A DNA stretch of 64,000 nucleotides from Mobula hypostoma. Taxonomy: Eukaryota. Positions 10,898 through 21,345 of this stretch are shown here, piece after piece. Position 1 is the stretch's first letter, and each line of letters begins with the position of its first letter. Where the stretch lies: NCBI RefSeq assembly GCF_963921235.1, contig NC_086097.1, forward strand, positions 62,498,001 to 62,562,000, in the 5' to 3' direction. Below the pieces are notes generated by a model. That model was not told where the DNA came from. It saw only the letters and a program-made list of their open reading frames with translations, and did not search any database. Both the position numbers and the translations under genes were made by a program.

Positions 10898-12690
10898 TAA
10901 AGTTTAAAGTAACTTTATTTCCAAAATACAAGTTTGTCATCAATATACAGTCCCGAGTTTTGTTTTCTTGTGGGCATACTCAAAATAACCAAAAACCATA
11001 ATGGAATCAATGAAAGACCACAGCAAACAGGGTGGAAACCAATGAGTGAAAGATGACAAACAGTGAAAATACAAAAGAAAAAACGAATAATAATAATAAT
11101 AAATAAATAATGCAATAAATATGAGAACTTGAGATGAGGTGTCCTTAAAAGTGTCTTTATAAGTTGTGGAAACAGTTCAGTGATGGGACAAGTGAAGTTG
11201 AGTGAAGTTACCCCTCTGGTTCAAGAGCTTAATAGTTGAGGGGTAATAATTGTTCCTGCACCTAGTTGGATCAGTCCTGAGGCTCTTGTACCTTCTTCCT
11301 GATGGCAGCAGCGAGAAGAGAGCGTGACCTTTGTGGCATGGGGCCCTGATGATGGATGCTGCTTTCCTGTAACAACACTCTGTGTAGATGTATGGAATGG
11401 TGGAGAGGGTTTTACCCATGATGGATTGGGCCGTATCCACTACTTTTTGGAGGATTTTCCATTCAAGGGCATTGGTATTTCTATACCAGGCTGTGATGCA
11501 GTCAGTCAATATACTCTCCACCATACACATCTATAGACATTTGTCAAAGTTTTCAATGTCATGCCAAATGCGGGAGGGGAAGATGCCAGCGCGACGCAGC
11601 TCACAGCGGCCACTCCGGTGGTGATGTCTGTTATTTGTCAAGTTGGGTGCCGTGCACAATCCTGATTTGATGGAGACGGGCGTGAGAGCACGGAGGAACA
11701 TCTGGTGAAACTTCTGAAATGCCTGCTTCACTGCTGCTGCTACTCTGTGGTCCAGAATCTCTGGAGGGGAAGGCCCCAAGTCCTCGGCTTTGCTTATTGC
11801 TTGGCAGCCGGGGTGGGGTCGAAGCGCTCAGCAGATGATGGTGCTCGGAGAGGCTGTGTCGGAGGGGCTGGTCGGAGGCTCGAAGTTTTTGGATGGACTC
11901 AGAGTCCGTTGGGGTCAGGTGCTTGCAATGGTGCTGCATCAGCAAGTTTGCGGAACTTGGAGGTTCATGGCAGGGAGAGTTTCTCCCTTCTACTGACTGC
12001 GTGAGATGATGAGCCTATCAGGACTTTGAGACTTTTTTTTACCGTGCCCATGGTCTGCTCTTTATCAAATTACAGTATTGCTTTGCACTGTTGTAACTAT
12101 ATGTTATAATTATGTGGTTCTGTTAGTTTGAGACTCGGTTTGTCCTGTGTTTTCTTGTGATATCATTCTGGAGGAACATTGTATCATTTTTTAACGCATG
12201 CATTTCTAAATGACAATAAACGAGGACTGAGCGTCCTCATAATCTAAAAAAAAATATCTTCGCAAATTTCTCAGGAAGTAGAGATTCCGCTGTGCTTTCT
12301 TCATAATTGTCCTTATGTGCTGGGTCCTGGACAGGCTGAAATAATATCACCAGGAAATTAAAGTTGGTGACCCTCCCCACCTCTGCCTGTGAGGACTGGC
12401 TCAAGGACCTCTGGTTTCCTCCTTCTGAAGTCAATAATCAGCTCCTTGGTCTCGCTGACATTGAGTGAGAGGTTGTTGTCGTGGCACCACTCAGCCAGAT
12501 TTTCAGTTTCTCTCCTGCACGCTCATTCGTCACCAACTTTGATTTGGCCAATGACAGTGGTGTCGTCAGCAAACTTGAATATGGCACTGGAGCTGTGCTA
12601 AGCCACACAGTCCTGAGTCTAGAGCAAGTAGAGCAGGGGGCTAAGCTAATTGAGATTGTGGCAGAGATGCTGTTACCAATCTGAACAGAC
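10898..12690 (-). mobile_element. Rex1/Babar-type LINE 3' fragment, split by an insertion at 11570-12255
   Basis: ORF 11177-11530 (VESILTDCITAWY...GHALFSLLPSGRRYKSLRT); sequence resumes after 12255 with an [13 protein letters not shown] motif near 12560. Confidence 0.9.
11570..12255 (+). mobile_element. Young ~685-bp non-autonomous retroposon inserted into Rex1/Babar
   Basis: Interrupts the LINE mid-consensus; CpG-rich; starts gggaagatgccagcgcg; ends with AATAAA, hairpin gaggac-tgagc-gtcctc (12222-12238), aatct and an A run. Confidence 0.7.
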
Positions 12691-13059
12691 TGGGGTAAGA
12701 TGGCACCGGTGAAGCACAGCAACATTCTGCAGGTTACGGACAATTAAAGAACATAAAGCATGGTCGGAAGAATTTTGCAGAGATTGAAAGGATCTGTGAT
12801 GGCAATGCAAGTCCCAAGTGTAGAAGCCTGTCAGAAGTGAAACAATGATAAAACTGTAGCAGTAGAGCATGAACCAGCATAAGTTAAATCTATGATGCCA
12901 TTGTTGCATTCAAGAAGCACTGGGGAGCTTAATGCAAAATGTCTAGCACAATAACAAACTAGTATTGTTCACCCAGTCAGTGATGGGAGGCTAAAGGAAG
13001 CACAATAAGAAGAGAACGTCTCCCTGCTGTTGAACCATACTACATCATCTTAGGTTCCC

Positions 13060-14645
13060 TTGAGATTCAACTAAAAATCATCTGTGTGGAGCCACAGGAG
13101 GTTGGCAAGGTCTGAAATGAACATTTTCTTGTCTGCATTTACTACAGAGAAGGGCATGGAAGCTAATGATCCAAACAATGATATATTGGAATACATTAGC
13201 ATTATGCAAGGTAGATGCTGGCGGTCCTAAAAAGCATAAAGGTAGGTAATTCCCAGGGCCTAACAAAGTGTATTCGGAGGTGTTATTGGAAGCAAGAGGG
13301 GAGATGGCAGGGCACCTGGCAGAGAATTTTAGCCACAGGTGAGGTATCAGAAGGCTACAGGATCTATAAATTTGTGACTTTATTTAAGAAGCTCAGCAGG
13401 GATAGGCCAAGGAAATACATGCCACTGAGCCTTACAGCAGTGCTGGGATAAGTATTGGAGAGGATTTTGAGGCAGGCTTTATTTGCATTTGAAAAGGTGA
13501 GGACAGTTAAAGGATAAACAGCAGTAAATTAGTGATCAGGTCACACAGATTTGAGTTTTTTGAAAGGTTGACCAAGAGGATTAATGATGGCAGAGCAGAA
13601 AACGCTGCCTATGTGGACTTTAGCCAGGCCTTTGACAAGTGATAGGTTCGCCCAAAAGGTGAGAACACATAGGATCCAATTGGATATGAAATTGGCTCAG
13701 TGATAAGAGGCAGAGGGTAGCATTGGAGGGTTGCTTATCATATTGAAGGCCTGTCATCAGTGGTGTCCTACAAGGACTGGCCCTAGTTCCTCTATTGTTT
13801 GCCATCTTTATTACTAATTTGGATGAATATGTATATTGTATGAAAAGTAGATGATACCGAAATTGATGATGTGGTGGACAGTGAAGAAGTTTGTCTAAGC
13901 TTACATCAGGATATTAATCAACTGGGAAAATGGAGCAAGGATTAGCAGTTAGAATTTAGCAGACAAATATGAAGTAATGCATTTTGGGAAATTAGATCAA
14001 GACAAGACATACAGAATGTGGGAAAGCGGAGAGACCTGGGAGTACAACTACGTAGTTCCCCAAAAGTGGTAATACTGGTAGATAAGGTTTTGATTAAAGT
14101 GTATAGCATGCTTATCAACATCATCTGTGGCACAAGCTTTGTGATGTCATGTTGGTTGGACTGAACTTGGAGTATTCTATGCAGTTTTATATAGAAAAGC
14201 TATGATTATGTCAGAAAGGGCACAGAAAAGATTCAGAAGGTTGTTTCCTGGATTGAGGGACTTGAGTTATAAAGTGTGATTGGATAGGCTGGATCTGCAT
14301 TCCCCAGATCAAAGGAGGCTGACAGGTACATGACAGAGGCATAAGAAATGAGACGCGTCGAGAGGGTGGATGGCCGGTGTCCATTTCTCGTGGTAGGGGT
14401 GTCTAAAACCAGAGGGCTTTGTTTCAGAATGGGAGGGAGAAAGTTTAATGAAGAACTGAAAAGTAATTTTTTCTCCTAAGTAGTAGTGGGTATCTGCAAT
14501 AAGCTGCCAGAGGATGTGGTGGAGGTAGGAACAATAGTAACATTGAAGAAGAACCTAGACAGGTACTTGAATAAGGGATATACATTAAATGCAGGCTGAT
14601 GGGATGAGTATAAAGAGGCACGATAGTCAATAGAGATGCCCTGGG
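13060..14645 (+). mobile_element. Decayed CR1 LINE ORF2 (RT) and 3' end; tail resumes at 16043-16075 after the solo LTR
   Basis: Remnants of PLSLTAVLG, YVDFSQAFDK, SGVLQGLALVP, DDTEI and LEYSMQF; ggggctgaaggact after 16043 continues the CR1 3' UTR. Confidence 0.85.
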
Positions 14646-16043
14646 TGTCATGGTCCGGATCGGGGTCCCTTTAAATTTACCTTGTTTATGTTACGATCCA
14701 GACCGTTGATTCCCTGTTTTCCCGTGTCCCTCGACTTTGGTGATTAGAGACAATTAACACTCAGCTGAACCGGTAGTTTATAGTCTCCGGCTTTCAGCCG
14801 TTCGGCGTGGGAGCGTCTGCAAAGTCATCTTAGGTACAGTGTACTGATGTCATCTGGCCGAAGCAAGGCTAGTCTCTGCCAAAGCGAGTGCCGGTAATTC
14901 GCCTCTCCTCACCGGAGCAACCCTGTCCAGTTGCCTCGCCAAAGCGAGCCTGCAAAGTTTCCTCACCGAGGTGGGTCTGTCAGTTAACCCGCCGGAGGGA
15001 ATCAAGAACCGCTGTCTACTGTTCCCGGGCCGTGTCGAGAAGTCGCCACTACCCGGAGGCACCAAATCAAGTCCTGGCCCTGGCAGCATTCTAGCACCAA
15101 GTCAAGTCCTGGTCCTGGCGGCATTCTAGCACCAAGTCAAGTCCTTTCCCTGGAGCACCAATTCAAGTCCTTTCCCTGGAGCACCAAGTCAAGTCCTGGC
15201 CCTGGCGGCATTCAAGCACCAAGTCAAGTCCTTTTCCTGGCGGCATTCAAGCACCAAGTCAGGTCCTGGCCCTGGCGGCATTCTAGCACCAAATCAAGTC
15301 CTGGCTCTGGTGGCATTCTAGCACCAAGTCAAGTCCTGGAACTGTCAGCTTCCCAGTTCTGAGTCAAGTCCTGGCCCTGGCGGTCTGTGATTCCTGTCCT
15401 ACCCCCTTGTCTGAATCCCTTCTCTGCCCCTCTCACTTCTAGGCCTTGTCTGCAGCCCCCGCCTGCACTTCGGTCTAGTTCCATCGCTGGAGCTAGATAG
15501 GTACCATTTGGTGTTCATTCGTGTTGGTCTTGTCTTGTCTTGTCCTCGCCTCCATGGGGTAGGTCAGGCCATCTTGCCGTTGCCCCGCGGAGGGTCATGA
15601 GTCCCGGCCCCATGTCCTGTTCCCAAGGAGTGGTCCCGGCTCTGTGTTCTGTGTATGTGTCCATGGTTCCACGTACCTGCTCTCTCGTGACTGAGGCTCT
15701 GTGTTCTCATGTTCCTCCTCTCCCCAGCCCATGTCATGTCCATGCCTGATTCTGGGGTCCGAGCCCGAGGCAAGACCCAGGTACTGGGTCCTTGCCCAGT
15801 CTCGGGCTCGGAGTCCATACCCTAGCCTCTTCATGTCTCCTCTAGTTCGGGGAGCCGATTCCGAGTCCTAGCCCAGACCCTTGGTCCCAGCCTAGCCGTA
15901 GTCCTGAATCCTTGTCCAGTTCGCTATTTCCTGCTCCTGCCTTGCTCTCCTGGTATCGAACAATAAACTAAATCTAAGTAACCTCACAAGATGTGTCTTG
16001 CATTTTGGTCCACCCTTGTCCCCAATGCCCCCACCAGTGTGAA
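14646..16043 (+). mobile_element. Probable solo LTR (~1.4 kb) inserted in the CR1 3' UTR
   Basis: Begins TGTCA and ends GTGTGAA (decayed TGACA); GC/CpG-rich; AATAAA at 15962; no coding region; splits the CR1 tail. Confidence 0.65.
15059..15385. repeat. 35-bp minisatellite (about 9 units, two shortened to 26 bp) inside the solo LTR
   Basis: Unit gcaccaagtcaagtcctggccctggcggcattcta repeated head-to-tail with point variants. Confidence 0.95.
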
Positions 16044-16557
16044 GGGGCTGAAGGACTTGACTCTATGCAATGCAGCACTAGGCTCTAACATTGTGTAACC
16101 TTTAAAAATCCTCTCCATTGACACCAGGCAACTTGTGCTTGAATGAGGGAAACAGTGATTGAATAGCCCCTCCCCCCCCTTTCCCTAGATTATTTGTTCC
16201 TGGTGAGTCATCTTCTTAAAGCACTGCAGAACCTACAACCAAAATGCAGGTGGGTAGATAGTTTTTGGATTTGGAAACAATGATTAAGGAACAACATTAT
16301 ATTTTCAAGATAAGATTATGTCTGACTTGGAAGAAAACCTCCGGAGAGTGAAGTTCGCTTGCAGCGACTGCCCTCGTCCTTCTTTGTGGTGGAGGTCACT
16401 GGTTTTCTGTTGGAATAACCTAAATGAGAAACTGCGAAGTAATTTGTAAATGATCCATCTCTGGAGGGGCGGGGGGCGGGGGAGATGAATGTTCATGGTG
16501 GTTGATGGGATGCAAACAAGTGTGTTGTTCTCTACTGAACATTGTTGACCTAATAAC

Positions 16558-16769
16558 GAATAAATTCTTCTCAGGCTTCCAGTCGGGTACAGGTATTGAT
16601 TATAACCAACTTTTCAATGACAAACTCCGCCATCTTCATCAGGGAAGATGAAGCACTGATGAAGATGACGGAGTTTGTCATCAAAACGATGGTTATAATC
16701 AATGCCTGTACCTGGCTGGAAGCCCGAGAAGAGTTTATTCATCATATACGCCAGGAAAGCACTAGATTC
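16558..16769. mobile_element. Second family of short Penelope-type palindromic element, with decayed hammerhead cores
   Basis: 85-bp inverted arms 16558-16642 and 16656-16740 plus a one-sided extension; each arm has CTGATGA-A-GATGRC-GGAGTTT-GTCATY-RAAA. Confidence 0.75.
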
Positions 16770-17269
16770 TTTTTAGTGTGGAGCTCCTTATTGCTCTGCA
16801 TTCATCCAAGCACTTAGTGAGTCGTCTTCCAAGTTCTTTGACAGTAAATAGGACTAACTTGGATGGGTATTGTAATGTATGGATCTATTTCTTTTAAAGC
16901 AATGATGACTCCACCCCCCCCCCCCTTAGCACTGTGTATTGATCTGTTGCCTGTGCATGCGCTGCTGTCTACACATGAGCATTGTTTTCTCTCCCTCTCT
17001 CAATGTGAATATACCGGTTAAAGCCAACTCTTGCGTGTATGCTGTTATTTAATATATATGTAGTTGTGCACAAACACAATAAATTGGTGATGAATACGAA
17101 TTTGAATGTCAGGAAATATCAGAAACTGCACCAGCAGTTTAGGGTTTAAGTAATTTTGTAAAATTGTAATACTTAAGGGATGAAACAGCGAGAGTTAAAC
17201 AGCACAAGAATGTGGAAGGACCCGTGAGTACCTGTAAAAGATGAACTGAATTTAAAGTGAAAATAATGT

Positions 17270-17966
17270 GCCGATGGAAAGCTGACAAATTTGAAAGTGC
17301 GAATGATATCTGGGAGTCCTATATCAAGAGGGTTGAACTGTACTGGAACGTGAACAATGTAGAGAAAAAGAAAGCTCCTACACTTCCTAGCTTAATGTGC
17401 TAAGAATGTACAGTCTCTTACAAAACTTAGTAATGCTTGCAAAGCCAGCAAGCAAGAAGTTCAATGAAGTTATTACAATTGTACAAAATCACTTAAACCC
17501 TAAACCACTGGTAATGGATGAGACAGTTAGATTTTACAAAAGGAACCAGTCGAAAGATGAAAGCCTTTCTGAATACATTGCAGAACTGTGCAAACTTTCC
17601 CAGTACAATGACTTTAGAGATGGGCTTTCCAATGCATTAAGCTACAGGCTTGTATGTGGCATGCATAGTCAAAGCATTCAAAAGAGGCTTCTGTCAGAAA
17701 GAGACCTAAACCTCGAAAGGATATTGACAATAGCAATATCGTTAGAGGCTGCAGCAAAAGATGCAGCAGAACTACAGAAAAGTAGTTTACAATGTGAAAT
17801 GCACAAAATGTCCCTGAATGGTGCAAATAGCCAAAAATGGTGTTGGCACGGCAAATCCTCCCATGATGTAAATGACTGTGGGTTCAAAGAAAAAGTCTGC
17901 AGTAAGTGTCATAGACAAGGTTACATAGAGAGAATTGCAAGGCAGACAAAAACCACAACCAAGTGA
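17270..17966 (+). pseudogene. gag: Gypsy gag, decayed
   Basis: WESYIKRVELY, HLNPKPLVMDETVRFYKRNQ..ESLSEYIAEL, RLVCGM..IQKRLL, and a degenerate double zinc knuckle (CSKCHRQGY). Confidence 0.85.
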
Positions 17967-19194
17967 AAAGTCTCAAACACAAAACTAAGCAAATGCATAA
18001 AGTACCAAATGTAAAACAGAATCAGACAACGCAGAGTCTGACAAAGGTGAACTGTCATGCCTTGAAGTGTATAGTATTACTGAAGCAGTGCACAATATAA
18101 CATGGATCACAATAGATGTGCCTGCTTTAAAACTGAAAATAGACTGGATACAGTGTCAGATTTCTCTGTAATTTCAGAGGCTGACTACAACAGACTGTTT
18201 TCTAAGATACCATTAGAGAAGACCTCAGTGATGCTAAAGACCTACTCAGGTGAAAAAGTGTTAGCCAAAGGAAAAGTGAAGGTAAATGTGACATATGGTG
18301 ACCAAGCACAGCAGTTAGAGCTTTATGTACTGAAAAGTGGAGGGGCAGCACTTTTCAGATGTGAATGGTTGAGAAAGATCCAACTAGACGGGCACTCAAA
18401 GTGTTTCAGAAGGGGATTGATAAACTCGAAGGCATGAAGGCCAGAATTGAACTGGATGAAACAGCAATACCAAGATTCTATAAAGTACATCCAGTGCCTT
18501 ACGCACTACATCCTAAAGTGGATGCAGAACTGCAGAGCTTAGACGTATCTAGACTTCTTTTCAACATTGAGTTAGGTGATTGGGCCATGCCCATTGTCCC
18601 GGTGATCAAGAAAGGGAAGGCTGGAGCCGTTTGCTTATGTGGGGATTTCAAGTGTAGCATCAGTCTCATGCTACATACTGTGCAGTATCCCCTGCCATGA
18701 ATAGAAGTCATTTTTGCATCTTTGGCAGGCAGTGAGAGGTTTTCAAATATTGACTTGTCACAAGCTATCTGCAAATGGAGACTGAGGAGTCAAGCTGAAA
18801 GTTCCTCACAACCAACGCTCACAGGTGCTGATTACTCACAGTATAATCATCTTGTCTTTGGCATCACATCGGCTCCAGAAATGTGGCAGAGCACTGGACC
18901 AAGTGCTCCAAGATATCTCAGGAACACGATGTTACCTTGGTAACATCATTGTGACTGGAAGAAATGATGGCAAGCACCTCCAGAACCTTGGTAAAGTGCT
19001 CACCAGGCTGAGTGAGTATGGTCTGCACGCAAAGAGAGAGAAATGTGATTTTTTTCAAGAATGAAATTTCATATTGCGGACATGCCATTGACAAGCATGT
19101 CTTCCATAAGTCACAAGAGGGGATCAAAGCCATGCTGCAGGCAGCTAAACTGGAAAATGTGTCACAACTCAGGTCACACTTGGGCCTTGTAAAC

Positions 19195-20423
19195 CAGCGG
19201 ACCCCAACCACCGGGCCGCGGACCGGTGCCGGGCCGCAAAGCATGTGCTACTGGGCCGTGAGGAAATGATATGATTTGGCGATATGAGTCAGCTGCACCT
19301 TTCCTCATTCCCTGTCACGCACTGTTGAGATGAACACACGCGAGGTCATCACCCGCGCGTCATCCATTTCAGCGTGGGAAGAAGATCTACTCCTCGAGCT
19401 GGCAAATGACCGCAGGCTGGAAAGTATGTTTGACATAACATCTCTGCTGGCATTCTGGATCAAAATCAAGGCTAAATATCCTGAGATAGCCACGAAAGCA
19501 CTGAAAACGTTGCTTCCATTTCCAACATATCTCTGCAATGAATGCAACGAAAACTAAATCGCGGAATAGACTGGACATAAGGAACCCCCTTCGAGTATCA
19601 CTGTCTCCCATCATCGCTCGATGGCACCGTCTTGTTGCAGGGAAACAAGCCCAAGGCTCCCACTGATTCAGTGATATTGGTGTGTTGAAATGATTTTATA
19701 TGTTCATACGGGGAAAATATGTGCTGTGAGTTTAATATCCAAAAATTACTTAAAATGTTATGATGCTATTGACTTATAAGTGACTTATATAACCATATAA
19801 CAATTACAGCATGGAAACAGGCCATCTCTAACCTTCTAGTCCATGCCGAACACTACTCTCACCTTGTCCCACTGACCTGCACTCAGCCCATAACCCTCCA
19901 TTCCTTTCCTGTCCGTATACCTATCCAATTTTTCTTTAAATGATAATATCGAACCTGCCTCTACCACTTTTACTGGAAGTTCGTTCAACACTTACTTCAA
20001 GCTCCCCTGATAATTGACTTATCACTATACTCATGGGAGGAAAATATGCGCTGTGTGTTTAATATTAAATTCGTTAGATCAACCCTTTTAGAAACGAAAT
20101 TGAGTGTATTAGCCACTTATCACCTATATTCCGGTTGTGATTAACAACCCCCCCCCCCCCACCATCCCTGCAAACAGAATCGCCAAAAACGATTTGTAGA
20201 AAAAAATCGGCATATACACGCATGCACGTTACACATGCGCACACAGGTGCCCGCGCAAGGCTTCATGGTCATGGTAGTCTTTCTCGGGGTAAGCACAACG
20301 TATTTGACTGCTACTGTTGTCCGTTGGCAACCTTACCCCCATACCACCCCGGGTCGGCCGGTCTGCAAGGATATTATCAATATTAAACCGGTCCGCAGTG
20401 CAAAAAAGGGTTGGGGACCCCTG
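19195..20423 (+). mobile_element. Non-autonomous hAT DNA transposon (Buster/Charlie group) with a transposase C-terminal remnant
   Basis: TIRs cagcggaccccaacc and ggttggggacccctg; perfect 8-bp TSD ttgTAaac (19187-19194 and 20424-20431); hATC-like FWIKIKAKYPEIATKALKTLLPFPTYLC and RNRLDI...QAQGSH* at about 19378-19666. Confidence 0.95.
19791..19990 (-). mobile_element. CR1 3' end fragment inside the hAT element
   Basis: accatataacaattacagcatggaaacaggccat tail and cccataaccctccattcc (reverse of GMEGYG). Confidence 0.75.
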
Positions 20424-21125
20424 TTGTAAACTACTAACACAGGTTTCTCTCAAAGATTGATACAGTGCTGCACCCATTGAACACACTGTTACAGACAGGA
20501 GCAAAGTGGGAATGGTCAGAAAGATGTGAAAGAGCATGCAAGGAAACAAAAAGACTAATAACATCCAATGAACTGCTCACCCATTATGACCCATCCCTGC
20601 CCATCAGACTGACGTGCCATGCCTCCCTTTATGGCATTGGGAGCTGTTTTGTCACACTTTACTGAAGATGGATCTGAACACCCGATTGCATTTGCTTCAA
20701 GATTACTGATGAGCACAGAACGCAACTTCGCACAGATCGACCGAGAGGCCCTTAGTCTAGTATGGGAAATAAAGAAGTTCTATCAGCACCTCTACGAACA
20801 AATGTTTATGCTAGTGACATAGGAAGGGAATTCCAGTAATGAGTACTACCCGGTTACAACATTAGGCACTGTTCCTAGGAGCCCACTCTTACAACATGGA
20901 GTTCAAGGGTGCCTGATGGTTTGTCATGCATTCCACTATTGGAAACTGAAGAAGAAAAGTCTTCATACTGCAACCCAGCAGAAGTGTTCCACACCACATT
21001 GGTGGACCAGTTGACAGCAACAAATTCTGAAATCCATAGGGAAACAAGGAATGACCCGCCATTGTCAAAAGTCTATGAAATCACCATGCAAGGATGGCCA
21101 GCTATGTTTTCAGAGTTCGTAGTGA

Positions 21126-21345
21126 AATTCTCTACCCAGGGAAGCAGTTGAGGCTTCTTCACTAAATATATTTAAGAAACAGCTAGATAGGTTTTTACAT
21201 AGTAAAGGAATTAAGGGTTATGGGGAAAAGGCAGATAGATGGAGCTGAGTTTACAGGCAGATCAGCCATGATCTTATTGAATGGTGGGGCAGGCTCAATG
21301 GGCCGGATGGCTTACTCCTGCTCCTGTATCTTATGTTCTTATGTT
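21126..21345 (+). mobile_element. 5'-truncated CR1 3' end inserted into Gypsy pol
   Basis: GIKGYGEKA terminus, ttcttatg 8-bp tail, TSD tagtga at 21120-21125 and 21346-21351. Confidence 0.85.

Noticed and set aside
15059..15385. Regular ~35-bp repeats as a CRISPR array
   Set aside because: Units are head-to-tail with no unique spacers, there are no cas genes, and the context is vertebrate; it is a minisatellite.
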